This document shows, piece after piece, positions 21,468-30,464 of a stretch of 64,000 nucleotides of DNA (positions within the stretch are counted from its first letter, which is position 1; each line of letters opens with the position of its first letter). Made by a program: the position numbers and the translations under genes. The notes beneath the pieces are model-generated. The model worked only from the letters and a program-made list of their open reading frames with translations, did no database searches and was not told the DNA's origin. Origin of the DNA: Myxococcota bacterium (GTDB taxonomy: Bacteria; Myxococcota_A; UBA796; SXON01); contig JAZKFH010000009.1 of assembly GCA_040386535.1 (NCBI GenBank), forward strand, positions 245,551 to 309,550, written 5' to 3'.

Positions 21468-22316
21468 ATGCGCGTCGCGTTCACCAGCGACATCCACATC
21501 GATTTGAACGGGCAGGCCGTGCTCGACGCCCTGGTGGCGCGCGCGCGGGCCGTCGCGCCCGACGTCCTCATCATCGCGGGGGACATCGCCACGGGCGCCG
21601 CGACCTATTTGAGCACCCTGCTCGCCCTGAAGACCACGGCGCCGCGCCTGCTCGTGGTCGCCGGCAATCACGACGTCTGGACCGCGCCGGAGGCGCTCGC
21701 GAAGGGCCTCGACTCGTGGGTGCGCCTCGACAAGTTGCTCCCGGCGTTGTGTGCGGAGGCCGGGGCCGAGCTGCTCGACGCGGGCCCGGTGGAGATCGAC
21801 GGCATCGGCTTCGCGGGGTCGTTGGGTTGGTACGACCTCACCACACGCGAACATATTCTTGACGCGCCGATGGAGGCGTATCGCGAGGGGGTCTGGGGCG
21901 GCCTGCGCTGGACCGACCACACCTACGCGGTGTGGAACGGCCCGGACGGCGTGCCGATGGCCATGGAGGAGGTCGCGCGCGTGCTCCGCGAGCGGCTCGA
22001 GGCCCACCTCAAGCTGCTGACGACGCGGCGGATCGTCGTGGCGACCCACACCCTGCCGTTCATCGACCAGATCCACCGCAAGGAGCACCCGGGCTGGCGC
22101 TTCGTGAACGCGTTCATGGGCTCGTTGCCGATGGGCGACGTGATCCGCGCCGATCCGCGCGTGGTGCTCGCGATCGCCGGCCACACCCACCTGGGCAGCG
22201 ATCTGCGCCTGGGGCGTATGCGCGCGGTGGTGAGCCCCCTCGGGTACAACAAGGAGTGGAAGGGCTCCACCCCGGCGGCCGCGGTTGCCAACGCGCTCAA
22301 GGTGGTCGAGCTGTAG
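21468..22316 (+). CDS. calcineurin-like metallophosphoesterase
   Basis: SDIH, AGD, GNHD, TH, GHTH motifs; GGAG RBS. Confidence 0.9.
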   Translation: MRVAFTSDIHIDLNGQAVLDALVARARAVAPDVLIIAGDIATGAATYLSTLLALKTTAPRLLVVAGNHDVWTAPEALAKGLDSWVRLDKLLPALCAEAGAELLDAGPVEIDGIGFAGSLGWYDLTTREHILDAPMEAYREGVWGGLRWTDHTYAVWNGPDGVPMAMEEVARVLRERLEAHLKLLTTRRIVVATHTLPFIDQIHRKEHPGWRFVNAFMGSLPMGDVIRADPRVVLAIAGHTHLGSDLRLGRMRAVVSPLGYNKEWKGSTPAAAVANALKVVEL

Positions 22317-22344
22317 ACGGTCGCGCGGACCGCACGCGGGCAAA

Positions 22345-22391
22345 AACGAGGAGGGCCGCCCACCGATCGCTCGGTGCGGCGGCCCTTCGTT
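22345..22391. terminator. intrinsic terminator hairpin
   Basis: AGGGCCGCC-CACCGA/TCGGTG-GGCGGCCCT stem with an adjacent A tract, between convergent genes. Confidence 0.7.
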
Positions 22392-22406
22392 CGATCGGCG
22401 GGCTGG

Positions 22407-22607
22407 TTAGCGGGAGGTCCCGATGCTGCCGATCTTGCCCGTGGAGAGGATCTTCTTCACGTCCTGCGCGAGGTCCTCGACGCCCTGCTTGAACACCGGC
22501 ACGAACGCGTAGGCGGCGGCCACCATGGCGATGACGATCACGCTGATGAGCAGCATGTACTCGACGGTGGACTGGCCTTCTTCGTCGCGGATGAGCTGGC
22601 TGATCAT
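22407..22607 (-). CDS. flp: Flp/Fap type IVb pilin
   Basis: 66 aa; prepilin site EEG/QSTVEY followed by a hydrophobic helix; AGGAG RBS. Confidence 0.85.
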   Translation of the reverse strand: MISQLIRDEEGQSTVEYMLLISVIVIAMVAAAYAFVPVFKQGVEDLAQDVKKILSTGKIGSIGTSR

Positions 22608-22637
22608 GGAGGCTCCTGAGGGTTCGTGCTGGGGTAG

Positions 22638-22653
22638 AGCAACTCGCGTGCCA
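22638..22653 (-). promoter_or_regulatory. sigma-54 (-24/-12) promoter of the pilin gene
   Basis: TGGCACG-CGAG-TTGCT on the minus strand, an exact match to TGGCACG-N4-TTGCW, 30 bp upstream of the ATG. Confidence 0.85.
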
Positions 22654-22796
22654 GGGCCCCGCGGAGGGACGATCGGCCCGCTGTCTACGGTGTCATCGGG
22701 CCGTGGGGCATCGGCGCCCCCCAGGGGTGGGGCGCGCCGGTCGCGGTGCGGAGGGCGGGTCGCGCTGCCCCGTCGAGGCGGCGGCGCGGCGGCCGA

Positions 22797-24311
22797 TCAC
22801 ACGTCGAAGCGGAGGTTCTGGGCCAGCGGGAGGTCCTTCCCGTAGTTGAGCGTGCAGGTCTGGCGCCGCATGTACGCCTTCCAGGCGTCGCTGCCCGACT
22901 CGCGGCCGCCGCCGGTCTCCTTCTCGCCGCCGAAGGCCCCGCCGATCTCGGCGCCCGAGGTGCCGATGTTCACGTTGGCGATGCCGCAGTCACTGCCGCG
23001 GGGGGAGAGGAACGTCTCCGCCGAGCGGAACGAGTTGGTGAAGATCGAGCTGGAGAGGCCCTGGGGCACGTCGTTCTGGAGGCGGATCGCCTCGTCGAGA
23101 TCGAAGTACTCCATCACGTAGAGGATGGGCGCGAAGGTCTCGTGCTTCACGATGGCCATCGCCGGATCCGCCGAGATGATCGTCGGGCGCACGAAGTGGC
23201 CCGGCCCGTCGACACGCTTGCCGCCGGTGAGCACGGTGCCGCCCTGGCGGGTCGCCTCCGCGACCGCGGTTTCGTACTGGACCACCGCGTCCTCGTCGAT
23301 GAGCGGGCCCATCAGGACGCCATCCTGGAGCGGATCCCCGATACGCACCTGCTCGTAGAGCTTGACCAGGCGCTCCGTGAACCGCGCGGAGATGTCCTTG
23401 TGCAGGTACAGGCGGCGCGTGGTGGTGCAGCGCTGGCCCGCGGTGCCGACGGCGCCGAAGAGGACGCCGCGGAGGGCGAGATCGAGGTCGGCGTCGGGCT
23501 CGACGATGATCGCGTTGTTGCCGCCGAGCTCGAGCAGCGTGCGCGCGAGGCGCTCGGCCACGACCGTGCCGACGTAGCGGCCCATGCGGGTCGAGCCGGT
23601 GGCGCTCACGAGCGGCAGGCGCGTGTCGCGGATCATGGTCTCGCCCACGTCCTTGTCGTTTCCGATGACCAGCCCGAACAGGCCGCTGAAGCCGTTCTTC
23701 GCGAGGACGTCCTCGCAGATGCGGTGCGTCGCGATCGCGAGGAGCGGGGCCTTGAGCGAGGGCTTCCACACCACGGCGTCCCCGCAGACGGCGGCGATCA
23801 TCGCGTTCCACGCCCACACGGCGACCGGGAAGTTGAAGGCGGTGATGACGCCCACGGTGCCGAGTGGGTGCCACTGCTCGAACATGCGGTGGTTGGGGCG
23901 CTCGGAGTGCATCGCGAGGCCGTACAGCTGGCGGGACAGGCCCACCGAGAAGTCGGCGATGTCGATCGCCTCCTGCACCTCGCCCACGCCCTCGCCGCGG
24001 ATCTTGCCGACCTCGATCGAGACGAGCGCGCCGAGGTCGTCACACCGGGAGCGGAGCGCGTCACCCATCTGGCGGATGATCTCCCCGCGCTTGGGCGCCG
24101 GGTAGGCCTGCCACAACTTCTGCACCGCCACCGCCTTGGCGACGACCTGCTCGTACTGCGCGGGGGAGGCCAGCTGCACCTCGGCGACGATCTCGCCCGT
24201 GGCGGGGTTGCGGCTCGCGACGGTGCCGTGGCCGGCGTCGGGCAGCGCCTCACCGGCCCACGCGCCGGAGTTCGAAGAGACGAGGCCGAGGCGGGACAAC
24301 AGATCGGTCAT
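22797..24311 (-). CDS. aldehyde dehydrogenase, ALDH7 / piperideine-6-carboxylate dehydrogenase-like
   Basis: ITAFNFP, LELGGNNA, GTAGQRCTT, ETFAPIL, GAEIGGAFGGEKETGGGRESGSDAWK. Confidence 0.93.
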   Translation of the reverse strand: MTDLLSRLGLVSSNSGAWAGEALPDAGHGTVASRNPATGEIVAEVQLASPAQYEQVVAKAVAVQKLWQAYPAPKRGEIIRQMGDALRSRCDDLGALVSIEVGKIRGEGVGEVQEAIDIADFSVGLSRQLYGLAMHSERPNHRMFEQWHPLGTVGVITAFNFPVAVWAWNAMIAAVCGDAVVWKPSLKAPLLAIATHRICEDVLAKNGFSGLFGLVIGNDKDVGETMIRDTRLPLVSATGSTRMGRYVGTVVAERLARTLLELGGNNAIIVEPDADLDLALRGVLFGAVGTAGQRCTTTRRLYLHKDISARFTERLVKLYEQVRIGDPLQDGVLMGPLIDEDAVVQYETAVAEATRQGGTVLTGGKRVDGPGHFVRPTIISADPAMAIVKHETFAPILYVMEYFDLDEAIRLQNDVPQGLSSSIFTNSFRSAETFLSPRGSDCGIANVNIGTSGAEIGGAFGGEKETGGGRESGSDAWKAYMRRQTCTLNYGKDLPLAQNLRFDV

Positions 24312-24402
24312 GGGGGGCTCCAGCGGAGGTGGGACGCTCTCTTAAGAGATCGGCGCTCGCGGCGCCCTTCGTCCAGCTCATCGAGGGTGGATACAAGGAG
24401 GC

Positions 24403-25410
24403 ATGCACGCTCTCCTGCTGCTCCCGCTGCTCGCGTCCGCCCACGCCCAGGACGCCGTGTCCATGCAGGTCGTGAAGGCCGGCCAGATCGGTACCTCGGC
24501 CCCCGCGCTGGTCCTCCAGATGAACCAGGACGCCCCGTCCCTCGTGGTGAAGCTCGACTGCGGCGGCACGCGTGTGGGTCGCGACGGGCCGGCGCGATCG
24601 GGCGAGCGCATCGAGCTGAAGATCGACGCTCCGGCCGGCACCCACGCGTGCCGCGGCTCGCTCATCGGGACGTTCGCCGACGGCAGCGAGGGCGAGATGC
24701 CGCTGTCGTTCACGGTGACCGTGCACCGGCCGATGGGGATGTCGCTGCGGGCGGGCTCGCTCGATCTCCAGAAGCACAGCCTCGACGTCGTGATGGACCG
24801 CGCCACCAGCAAGGTCGAGATCAACGCGCTCGGGCCGAAGGGCGCGCAGGTCGGGTACGGCCTCGCGCCGGTCGGGGCGGCGGCCAACACGCCGGTGAAC
24901 GTCGAGTGGAAACAGGACGGCGGCGAGGTGATCAAGCTCAAGATCCGGGGCTTCGACACGGACGGGTTCTGGTCCGAGCTGGAGCTGGTGCCCTGGAGCT
25001 ACAGCATCCCCCACGAGGACGTGGTGTTCGCCACCAACTCCTCCGACATCGGCGCGGGGGAGGAGCCCAAGCTCGCCACCGCGATGACCGACGCGCGCGG
25101 CGTGCTCGACAAGTACGGCGCCGACGTGATCATCAAGCTGTACGTGGGCGGCCACACCGACACCGTGGGCGACAGCGCCTCCAACCAGAAGTTGTCGATG
25201 GCGCGCGCGCGCTCCATCGCGGCGTGGTTCAAGAAGAGCGGCTTCCCCGGCGCGATCTACTACCAGGGCTACGGCGAGGGCAGCCCCGCGGTCGACACGG
25301 GGGACGAGGTCGACGAAGCGCGCAACCGGCGCGCGTCCTACACGCTCGCGGCGCGGCCGCCCGAAGCGGCGGGCGGCGGCGGCGACTTCGGATGGCAGGA
25401 GCTCAAGTAG
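24403..25410 (+). CDS. secreted protein with C-terminal OmpA-like peptidoglycan-binding domain
   Basis: signal peptide ending AHA; GHTD, NQKLSMARA, GYGE, RNRR; AGGAGG RBS. Confidence 0.88.
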   Translation: MHALLLLPLLASAHAQDAVSMQVVKAGQIGTSAPALVLQMNQDAPSLVVKLDCGGTRVGRDGPARSGERIELKIDAPAGTHACRGSLIGTFADGSEGEMPLSFTVTVHRPMGMSLRAGSLDLQKHSLDVVMDRATSKVEINALGPKGAQVGYGLAPVGAAANTPVNVEWKQDGGEVIKLKIRGFDTDGFWSELELVPWSYSIPHEDVVFATNSSDIGAGEEPKLATAMTDARGVLDKYGADVIIKLYVGGHTDTVGDSASNQKLSMARARSIAAWFKKSGFPGAIYYQGYGEGSPAVDTGDEVDEARNRRASYTLAARPPEAAGGGGDFGWQELK

Positions 25411-25414
25411 CCGC

Positions 25415-26344
25415 TCAGGAAGCGGGAACTTCCTTGGTCGGCTTGCCGTCGACATAGAGGCGGCCGTCTCGCGCGGTGACGCTGGCGCCGATCGCGTCCG
25501 TCGCGAGGTGCACGACCCGCCCGTCCACGAGCGCGGTGCCGTCGGCGTTCACGAAGCCCTTGAGCGTGCCACGGCGCCATTGCTGGTAGTGCGGGGAGCA
25601 GAAGCCCTTGGACCGCACGGCGTCGTCGCAGTCGGGCACCTTGCAGGTGCCGCGGGGCTCGGCCGAGAGCGGGGCGGCGGCCTCCTTCGCGGGTGCCTTG
25701 GCCTCGGGGGCCTTCGCTGCGGCTTCCTGGCCGGGGGCCTTCTCGGCGGGCGGCGCGGGTGCCTTCTCGGCGGGCGGCGCGGGGGCGGCCGCGACCGGCG
25801 CGGGAGCGATCACCGTGGCGCGGGCGGCCAGGGCGGCCTCGAGCTCGAGCACGCGCGCTTCGAGCGCGAGCACCAGCGGATCGGTGACGAGGGGACTCGC
25901 GGGGGCAGGCGCAAGCGCCATGGTCAGCGCAGCTTCGAGCTCGGAGACGCGGACCTCGAGGGCGGCGGTACGGCCCGCGTCCGACACGATCGGCTCGGGA
26001 CGGGGGGTGGCCTCGGCGCGCGCGGTCGCCGCGGCGGCTTGCGCGGTGGCGGCCGCGGCTTGCGCGGTGGCGGCCTCGGTCCGGGCGGCCGCTGCGGCGG
26101 CTTGGGCGGTGGCTGCCTCGGCGCGGGCGCCCTCGGCGATCGCGGACAGGTCGGACACCCGGCGGTCCACCCCGTCCACCCGCATGCGCAGGTCGCGCAG
26201 CTCGTCGCGCAGGGCCTGCACCTCGGCGGGGCTGGCGTAGCCGTGCTCCCGCAGGATCTCGTGCACGATGTCGCGGATGGGTGCGTCGAGCACGCGGCCG
26301 GCGGGGCCGGCGAGGCGCGAGGCGAAGACGTCGCGGATGGCCAT
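25415..26344 (-). CDS. coiled-coil / Ala-Pro-Lys linker protein with C-terminal CCCH-type zinc motif (VegA-like)
   Basis: CKVPDC-x8-C-x2-HY motif (CKVPDCDDAVRSKGFCSPHYQQWRRG); heptad segments; GGAG RBS. Confidence 0.75.
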   Translation of the reverse strand: MAIRDVFASRLAGPAGRVLDAPIRDIVHEILREHGYASPAEVQALRDELRDLRMRVDGVDRRVSDLSAIAEGARAEAATAQAAAAAARTEAATAQAAAATAQAAAATARAEATPRPEPIVSDAGRTAALEVRVSELEAALTMALAPAPASPLVTDPLVLALEARVLELEAALAARATVIAPAPVAAAPAPPAEKAPAPPAEKAPGQEAAAKAPEAKAPAKEAAAPLSAEPRGTCKVPDCDDAVRSKGFCSPHYQQWRRGTLKGFVNADGTALVDGRVVHLATDAIGASVTARDGRLYVDGKPTKEVPAS

Positions 26345-26466
26345 GTATCACTCCACTCTGGATGTATCGCCGATGTATCACCGGGCTCTTGCCAGGTCAA
26401 CACTGATACATCCACATTCTCGGCGTGTGAGGCAGGGGATGTCTCACTGATACAGCCACCGATACA
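26344..26466. promoter_or_regulatory. array of seven TGTATC/GATACA boxes overlapping a putative promoter
   Basis: TGTATC at 26344, 26363, 26374; GATACA at 26405, 26449, 26461; variant TGTCTC at 26440; minus-strand TTGACC-17 bp-TACATC (26400-26372). Confidence 0.7.
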
Positions 26467-26476
26467 GCGCCCGGCG

Positions 26477-27271
26477 CTACTTGATGCGCCCCAGCACCTT
26501 CTCGACGTCGGCTCGGTCGGATGCGCCGCTCGCGACGACGAGGTATCGTTCCAGGTCCCGCCGGCCCTCGCTCGTGCGGCCGACACGGAGGGCGAGCAGG
26601 CCGCGATCGCGCAGCTCGGTGGGGACCTCGCCGCCCAGCAGCAGGATGCGGTCGACCGCGCCGAGGGCCCGCTCGTGGTCAGACGCGCCGATCCAGAGGT
26701 GCTTCAGGTTGACGAGCACGCGCGTGACGATGGCGCGGGTCGGCGAGGGGTCGAGGAAGCCACGCCCGGCGCCCGGCGGCAGGCGAGCGAGCAGATCGGC
26801 GGCCTCGCGCGGCTGGCCGCCGGCGAAGGGGTCGACGAAGAGGCGGACCCCGGGGAGCTGGATCGCGGCGAGGAAGTGGCCCGGGTAGCCGATCCCGTGG
26901 ATGGGCACGCCGAGGCGGCGACCGAGCAGCATCCACACGATGGCGAGCAGGATCGGAAGGCCGGTGCGCCGCTCGAGGACCTGGTCGAGGTAGGAGCCCT
27001 CGGCCCCGCCGAACACCTCGGGGCTGCCCTGGAAGCCGAGCCGGCCCCCGATCGTGGCGGCGAGGGCGGCGGCGAGCTCGTCGGGCGGGGCGGAGGGGCG
27101 GACGTCATCCGCGATCTGCTCGGCGAGCGTGTCGAGCGTGGCGGACACCGCGGCCGGATCCAGCGACGGGGTGCCCATCCGCGCGACCGAGATGACGAGC
27201 CGCTCGAGGTCGAGCGCCTCGTCAGGGGCCCGCGCGAGGAGCGCGAACTCGGTGCCGGGGCTGTGCCTCAC
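26477..27271 (-). CDS. SirB1 / transglutaminase-like (Transglut_core2) protein with TPR
   Basis: SYLDQVLERRTGLPI, GYPGHFL, VDPF, ELRDRGLL. Confidence 0.88.
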   Translation of the reverse strand: MRHSPGTEFALLARAPDEALDLERLVISVARMGTPSLDPAAVSATLDTLAEQIADDVRPSAPPDELAAALAATIGGRLGFQGSPEVFGGAEGSYLDQVLERRTGLPILLAIVWMLLGRRLGVPIHGIGYPGHFLAAIQLPGVRLFVDPFAGGQPREAADLLARLPPGAGRGFLDPSPTRAIVTRVLVNLKHLWIGASDHERALGAVDRILLLGGEVPTELRDRGLLALRVGRTSEGRRDLERYLVVASGASDRADVEKVLGRIK

Positions 27272-28470
27272 GCGTGGTTCGCGAACACCGCGAACGAGCC
27301 CCGGCCGGCGAGCTCGGGCGGACGGTCGGGGTCCGTCACGTCCTTCACGAAGATGCGGGGCGGGCTGGAGAGGTCGGCCTGGCCGCCACCCGCGGGGTAG
27401 CCCGCGAAGGCGACGTAGCGCCCGTCATGCGAGATGATGGGGTGGCTCTGGGCGTACTGATCGAAGAAGTGCAGGTAGAAGAGGATGTCCCGCGTGGGCC
27501 AGAAGCTGCCGAGCGGGATGGACGGCCCCCCGTCGACGTACACCATGTTCCACAACAGGCAGTTCGCCTCGGAGTCGACCACCGCGTAGAGCAGGTAGTC
27601 GCCCTTGGGGGACCAGAAGAAGGCGAGGCAGTCACCGACGCTCACCTCGCGCGACTCGCCGGTCTCGATGTGGACGAGATCGATGCCGCGGTAGGGCGTG
27701 CCCTCGCCACGCGGGGCGGACGACACCGCGATCCACGGGGCACCGTTCGGCGCCGGCACCACCGCGAGGAGGCCGCGGCGGACGAACAACGACGTGGGGT
27801 CCGTTCCGTCGGCGGCTGAGGCGACGACCTCGGACCCGCCGTCCTCGTGGCGGAGCGCGACGACGGCGCGGCCGGCGGGGAACACGGGTGCGCAGAAGCT
27901 GCCGGGCGTGCGGTCGAAGAGGATGTCCTCGCCGTCCCCCATCGGGTCCCGCAACACGAGCCGGCCGCCCGGATCGTCCTTGCCGCCGACGTGGATGAGC
28001 ACGCGCTGCCCGTCGGGCGTCCAGTTGAAGAACAACGGCACGCCCTGCTCGAGGGGGCGCACCTGGCCGAGCCGCTGCTTGCGCAGAAGCGACAGCGCGA
28101 GCTCGGAGCCCTGCTGGAGGAGGACCGAGATTGCGTCCCCACTCACGTGCCACTGGAGGTAGATCGGCGACACGTTGGGGATGTGCGCCCACTCGACCTG
28201 GCGCACGCCGTCGAGCGAGAGCGCGACGACCCGCACGGGGCCGGACTCGGTGTCGCTGCCCTCGACCGCGAAGGCGGCGATCCACGCGTCGTCCGGGGAC
28301 CACGTGGGCCAGGACCACGACTCGGAGGCGCGCGCGGCCACGCCCCAGGACCCGGCGCCCGCTCCAGGGACCGGCGCGGTCAGGGCGATCGGGTCTTTGC
28401 CGGCCCCGGCCTCGGACACGTCCGTGACATAGAGCTGACGGTCGAGCCCGACGTACGCGAGACGGCTCAA
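27268..28470 (-). CDS. TolB-like (PD40) beta-propeller protein
   Basis: repeated WSPDD / WTPDG / WSPKG / ISHDG motifs; TTGA overlap with the upstream stop. Confidence 0.75.
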   Translation of the reverse strand: MSRLAYVGLDRQLYVTDVSEAGAGKDPIALTAPVPGAGAGSWGVAARASESWSWPTWSPDDAWIAAFAVEGSDTESGPVRVVALSLDGVRQVEWAHIPNVSPIYLQWHVSGDAISVLLQQGSELALSLLRKQRLGQVRPLEQGVPLFFNWTPDGQRVLIHVGGKDDPGGRLVLRDPMGDGEDILFDRTPGSFCAPVFPAGRAVVALRHEDGGSEVVASAADGTDPTSLFVRRGLLAVVPAPNGAPWIAVSSAPRGEGTPYRGIDLVHIETGESREVSVGDCLAFFWSPKGDYLLYAVVDSEANCLLWNMVYVDGGPSIPLGSFWPTRDILFYLHFFDQYAQSHPIISHDGRYVAFAGYPAGGGQADLSSPPRIFVKDVTDPDRPPELAGRGSFAVFANHA

Positions 28471-28880
28471 GAGAGGAGCCCCCACGCGGCGCCGACACGC
28501 GACGCGGCGAAGAGGAGCGCGATCACCGCGAGGGGAGGGAGGATCCACGCGGTCTTCGGGTGGGTGTGGATCGTGGCGAGGCGCGCGCCACGCACGGCGC
28601 GCTCGCGATCCCACTCGGCCTTGTGGTTCGCGGGGACACCGCCCCGGCGCGAGAGCTCGGCGAGGGCGTGCAGCGCCGTGTCGTCATTGGTGCCGAAGCT
28701 GCCGAGGGAGAGGCCCATGGCGAACAGGCACAGGAAGATCGTACGGAACGGCATCAGACCCGCCGCGATCGCGGCCACCCCGGCCACGAAGACGACCACC
28801 GCCATGGGGAACAGGAGCGCCCCGAGCCAACGGAGGCGGGAGTGACGATCGGCGCGCGCGACCCACGATTCAGCTTGCAT
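28467..28880 (-). CDS. hypothetical membrane protein
   Basis: about three hydrophobic segments; overlaps neighbours in an operon. Confidence 0.7.
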   Translation of the reverse strand: MQAESWVARADRHSRLRWLGALLFPMAVVVFVAGVAAIAAGLMPFRTIFLCLFAMGLSLGSFGTNDDTALHALAELSRRGGVPANHKAEWDRERAVRGARLATIHTHPKTAWILPPLAVIALLFAASRVGAAWGLLS

Positions 28881-29493
28881 TGGCGTGGGCCCCGGCGATG
28901 GACTTGGGCAGGAGCCCGTGGAGGATGAACCGCAGGCCGTCGGTCGAGAGGCGCTCGACATCGGGGCGCACGCCGACTGCGCTCTGGCCGGCCAGCCCGT
29001 CGATCAGGGCCTTGAGCACGAGGCCCACGGCCATCGGATCGTAGGTCTCGAACACGCCTTCCTTCATGCCCTGCTCGACCACGGCGGCGATACGGTCGAC
29101 AAAGCGCTGATGGATGGCGTTCACGCGCTTCCGGATATCCTCATCTCGGATCGCCATCTCGCTCATGAGCAGGAAGAACCGGGGTGGGGTCTTCAGGCCG
29201 GCGAAGTAGTCGAGGTACTTGCGCCCGAGCTCGACCAGCTTGATCGCCGCGGGCCGCGCGTCCCGGTCGGCCTCTTCGAGGAAGCTGATGGTGATCGCGT
29301 GCTCCTCGTCGACCAGCGCGTCGAAGATCGCGCGCTTGCTCTCGAAGTAGAAGTAGACCGCGCCCTTGGAGAGGTTGGCGCGCTTGGCGACATCCTCCAC
29401 CCGGGCCGCGAGGTAGCCACGCTCGATGAAGATGGCTCGGGCCGCGCGCAGGATCTGGGCGCGCCGCTCGACTTCGGAGAGGTGACGCGTCAT
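28870..29493 (-). CDS. TetR/AcrR family transcriptional regulator
   Basis: HTH EDVAKRANLSKGAVYFYFESK; GGAG RBS. Confidence 0.93.
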   Translation of the reverse strand: MTRHLSEVERRAQILRAARAIFIERGYLAARVEDVAKRANLSKGAVYFYFESKRAIFDALVDEEHAITISFLEEADRDARPAAIKLVELGRKYLDYFAGLKTPPRFFLLMSEMAIRDEDIRKRVNAIHQRFVDRIAAVVEQGMKEGVFETYDPMAVGLVLKALIDGLAGQSAVGVRPDVERLSTDGLRFILHGLLPKSIAGAHANAS

Positions 29494-29582
29494 TCGTCTC
29501 CGGTGTTCATGCGCCCCTGCCTAACGTCCTCGGGTCCTTGTGATCGAGATCCGGCGCAATCCTCCCGGGCGAACAGGGCCGG

Positions 29583-30425
29583 TCATTCCCCCGGACCCCG
29601 CGCGGCGGCCGCGGCAGCCGTCTCCTTGCGGCGGCGTTCGAGGCCCTCCTCGATGCGCGTCTGGAACGGGGGCGTGAGCTTCCAGAGCACCCCCAGCCGC
29701 ACGGCCCAGCGTGTGGTGGGCAACGTCGTGACCGTGTCGTTGCCGCGGTCAAGCTCGCCGCGCAGCTCGACGCCCACGGGCACGCCGGCGCGGTCGAGGA
29801 ACACCCCGGTCTTGGCGGCCACGCCGAGGTTGGCCTGGTGGACGCCGAACAGGTCGACCGACGCGACGGCCCGCCCCTGCGCGTACCAGGTGTCGCGCAC
29901 GGTCACCCCCGCGAGCACGCCGGCCTCGCCGGTGACCTTGCCGGTCATCACGACGCCCTCCGGCGCGCCCCGCCAGCCCTCCCACCACGTGCCGTTCAGC
30001 CCGAGCCCGGCTGAGGGACCGACGTATGCGCGGCGGGGATCCACTTCCCAGAGCCCTGGCACGCTGAACAGGTAGTGCCCGGAGACATCGGCCTCGACGA
30101 GCTTGCCGGAGGCGGCGTCCCCGCCGACGTGGGCGTGGAGCCATGGCAGCGCGAAGCGGACGTCGTGCGGGCGAACCATCCCGCGGAACGCGGGCGGGAC
30201 GACGCCGAGCACCGGCCCGTGGAAGCTCGAGTCGAGGCGCCACGCGCGCACCACGTGGCCGTCGGCGGCGGGATCGCCGAAGGTGACCCAGCCGTTCGCC
30301 AGGTCGCTCACCAGCGAGGCGCCTACGCCTCCTTCGGGCACGCCGGAGCTCATCCCGCCGATGAGCTCAGCGCGAACGAGGTGGAAGCCGGCGGCGTGGG
30401 CGGTCGCGAGCAGGGCGAGGAGCAT
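29583..30425 (-). CDS. hypothetical secreted / outer-membrane protein
   Basis: MLLALLATAHA signal; amphipathic beta-strand pattern. Confidence 0.65.
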   Translation of the reverse strand: MLLALLATAHAAGFHLVRAELIGGMSSGVPEGGVGASLVSDLANGWVTFGDPAADGHVVRAWRLDSSFHGPVLGVVPPAFRGMVRPHDVRFALPWLHAHVGGDAASGKLVEADVSGHYLFSVPGLWEVDPRRAYVGPSAGLGLNGTWWEGWRGAPEGVVMTGKVTGEAGVLAGVTVRDTWYAQGRAVASVDLFGVHQANLGVAAKTGVFLDRAGVPVGVELRGELDRGNDTVTTLPTTRWAVRLGVLWKLTPPFQTRIEEGLERRRKETAAAAAARGPGE

Positions 30426-30464
30426 GGGCTCTCACTATGCCTCACGAAGGGGGGGCCCGGAGAA

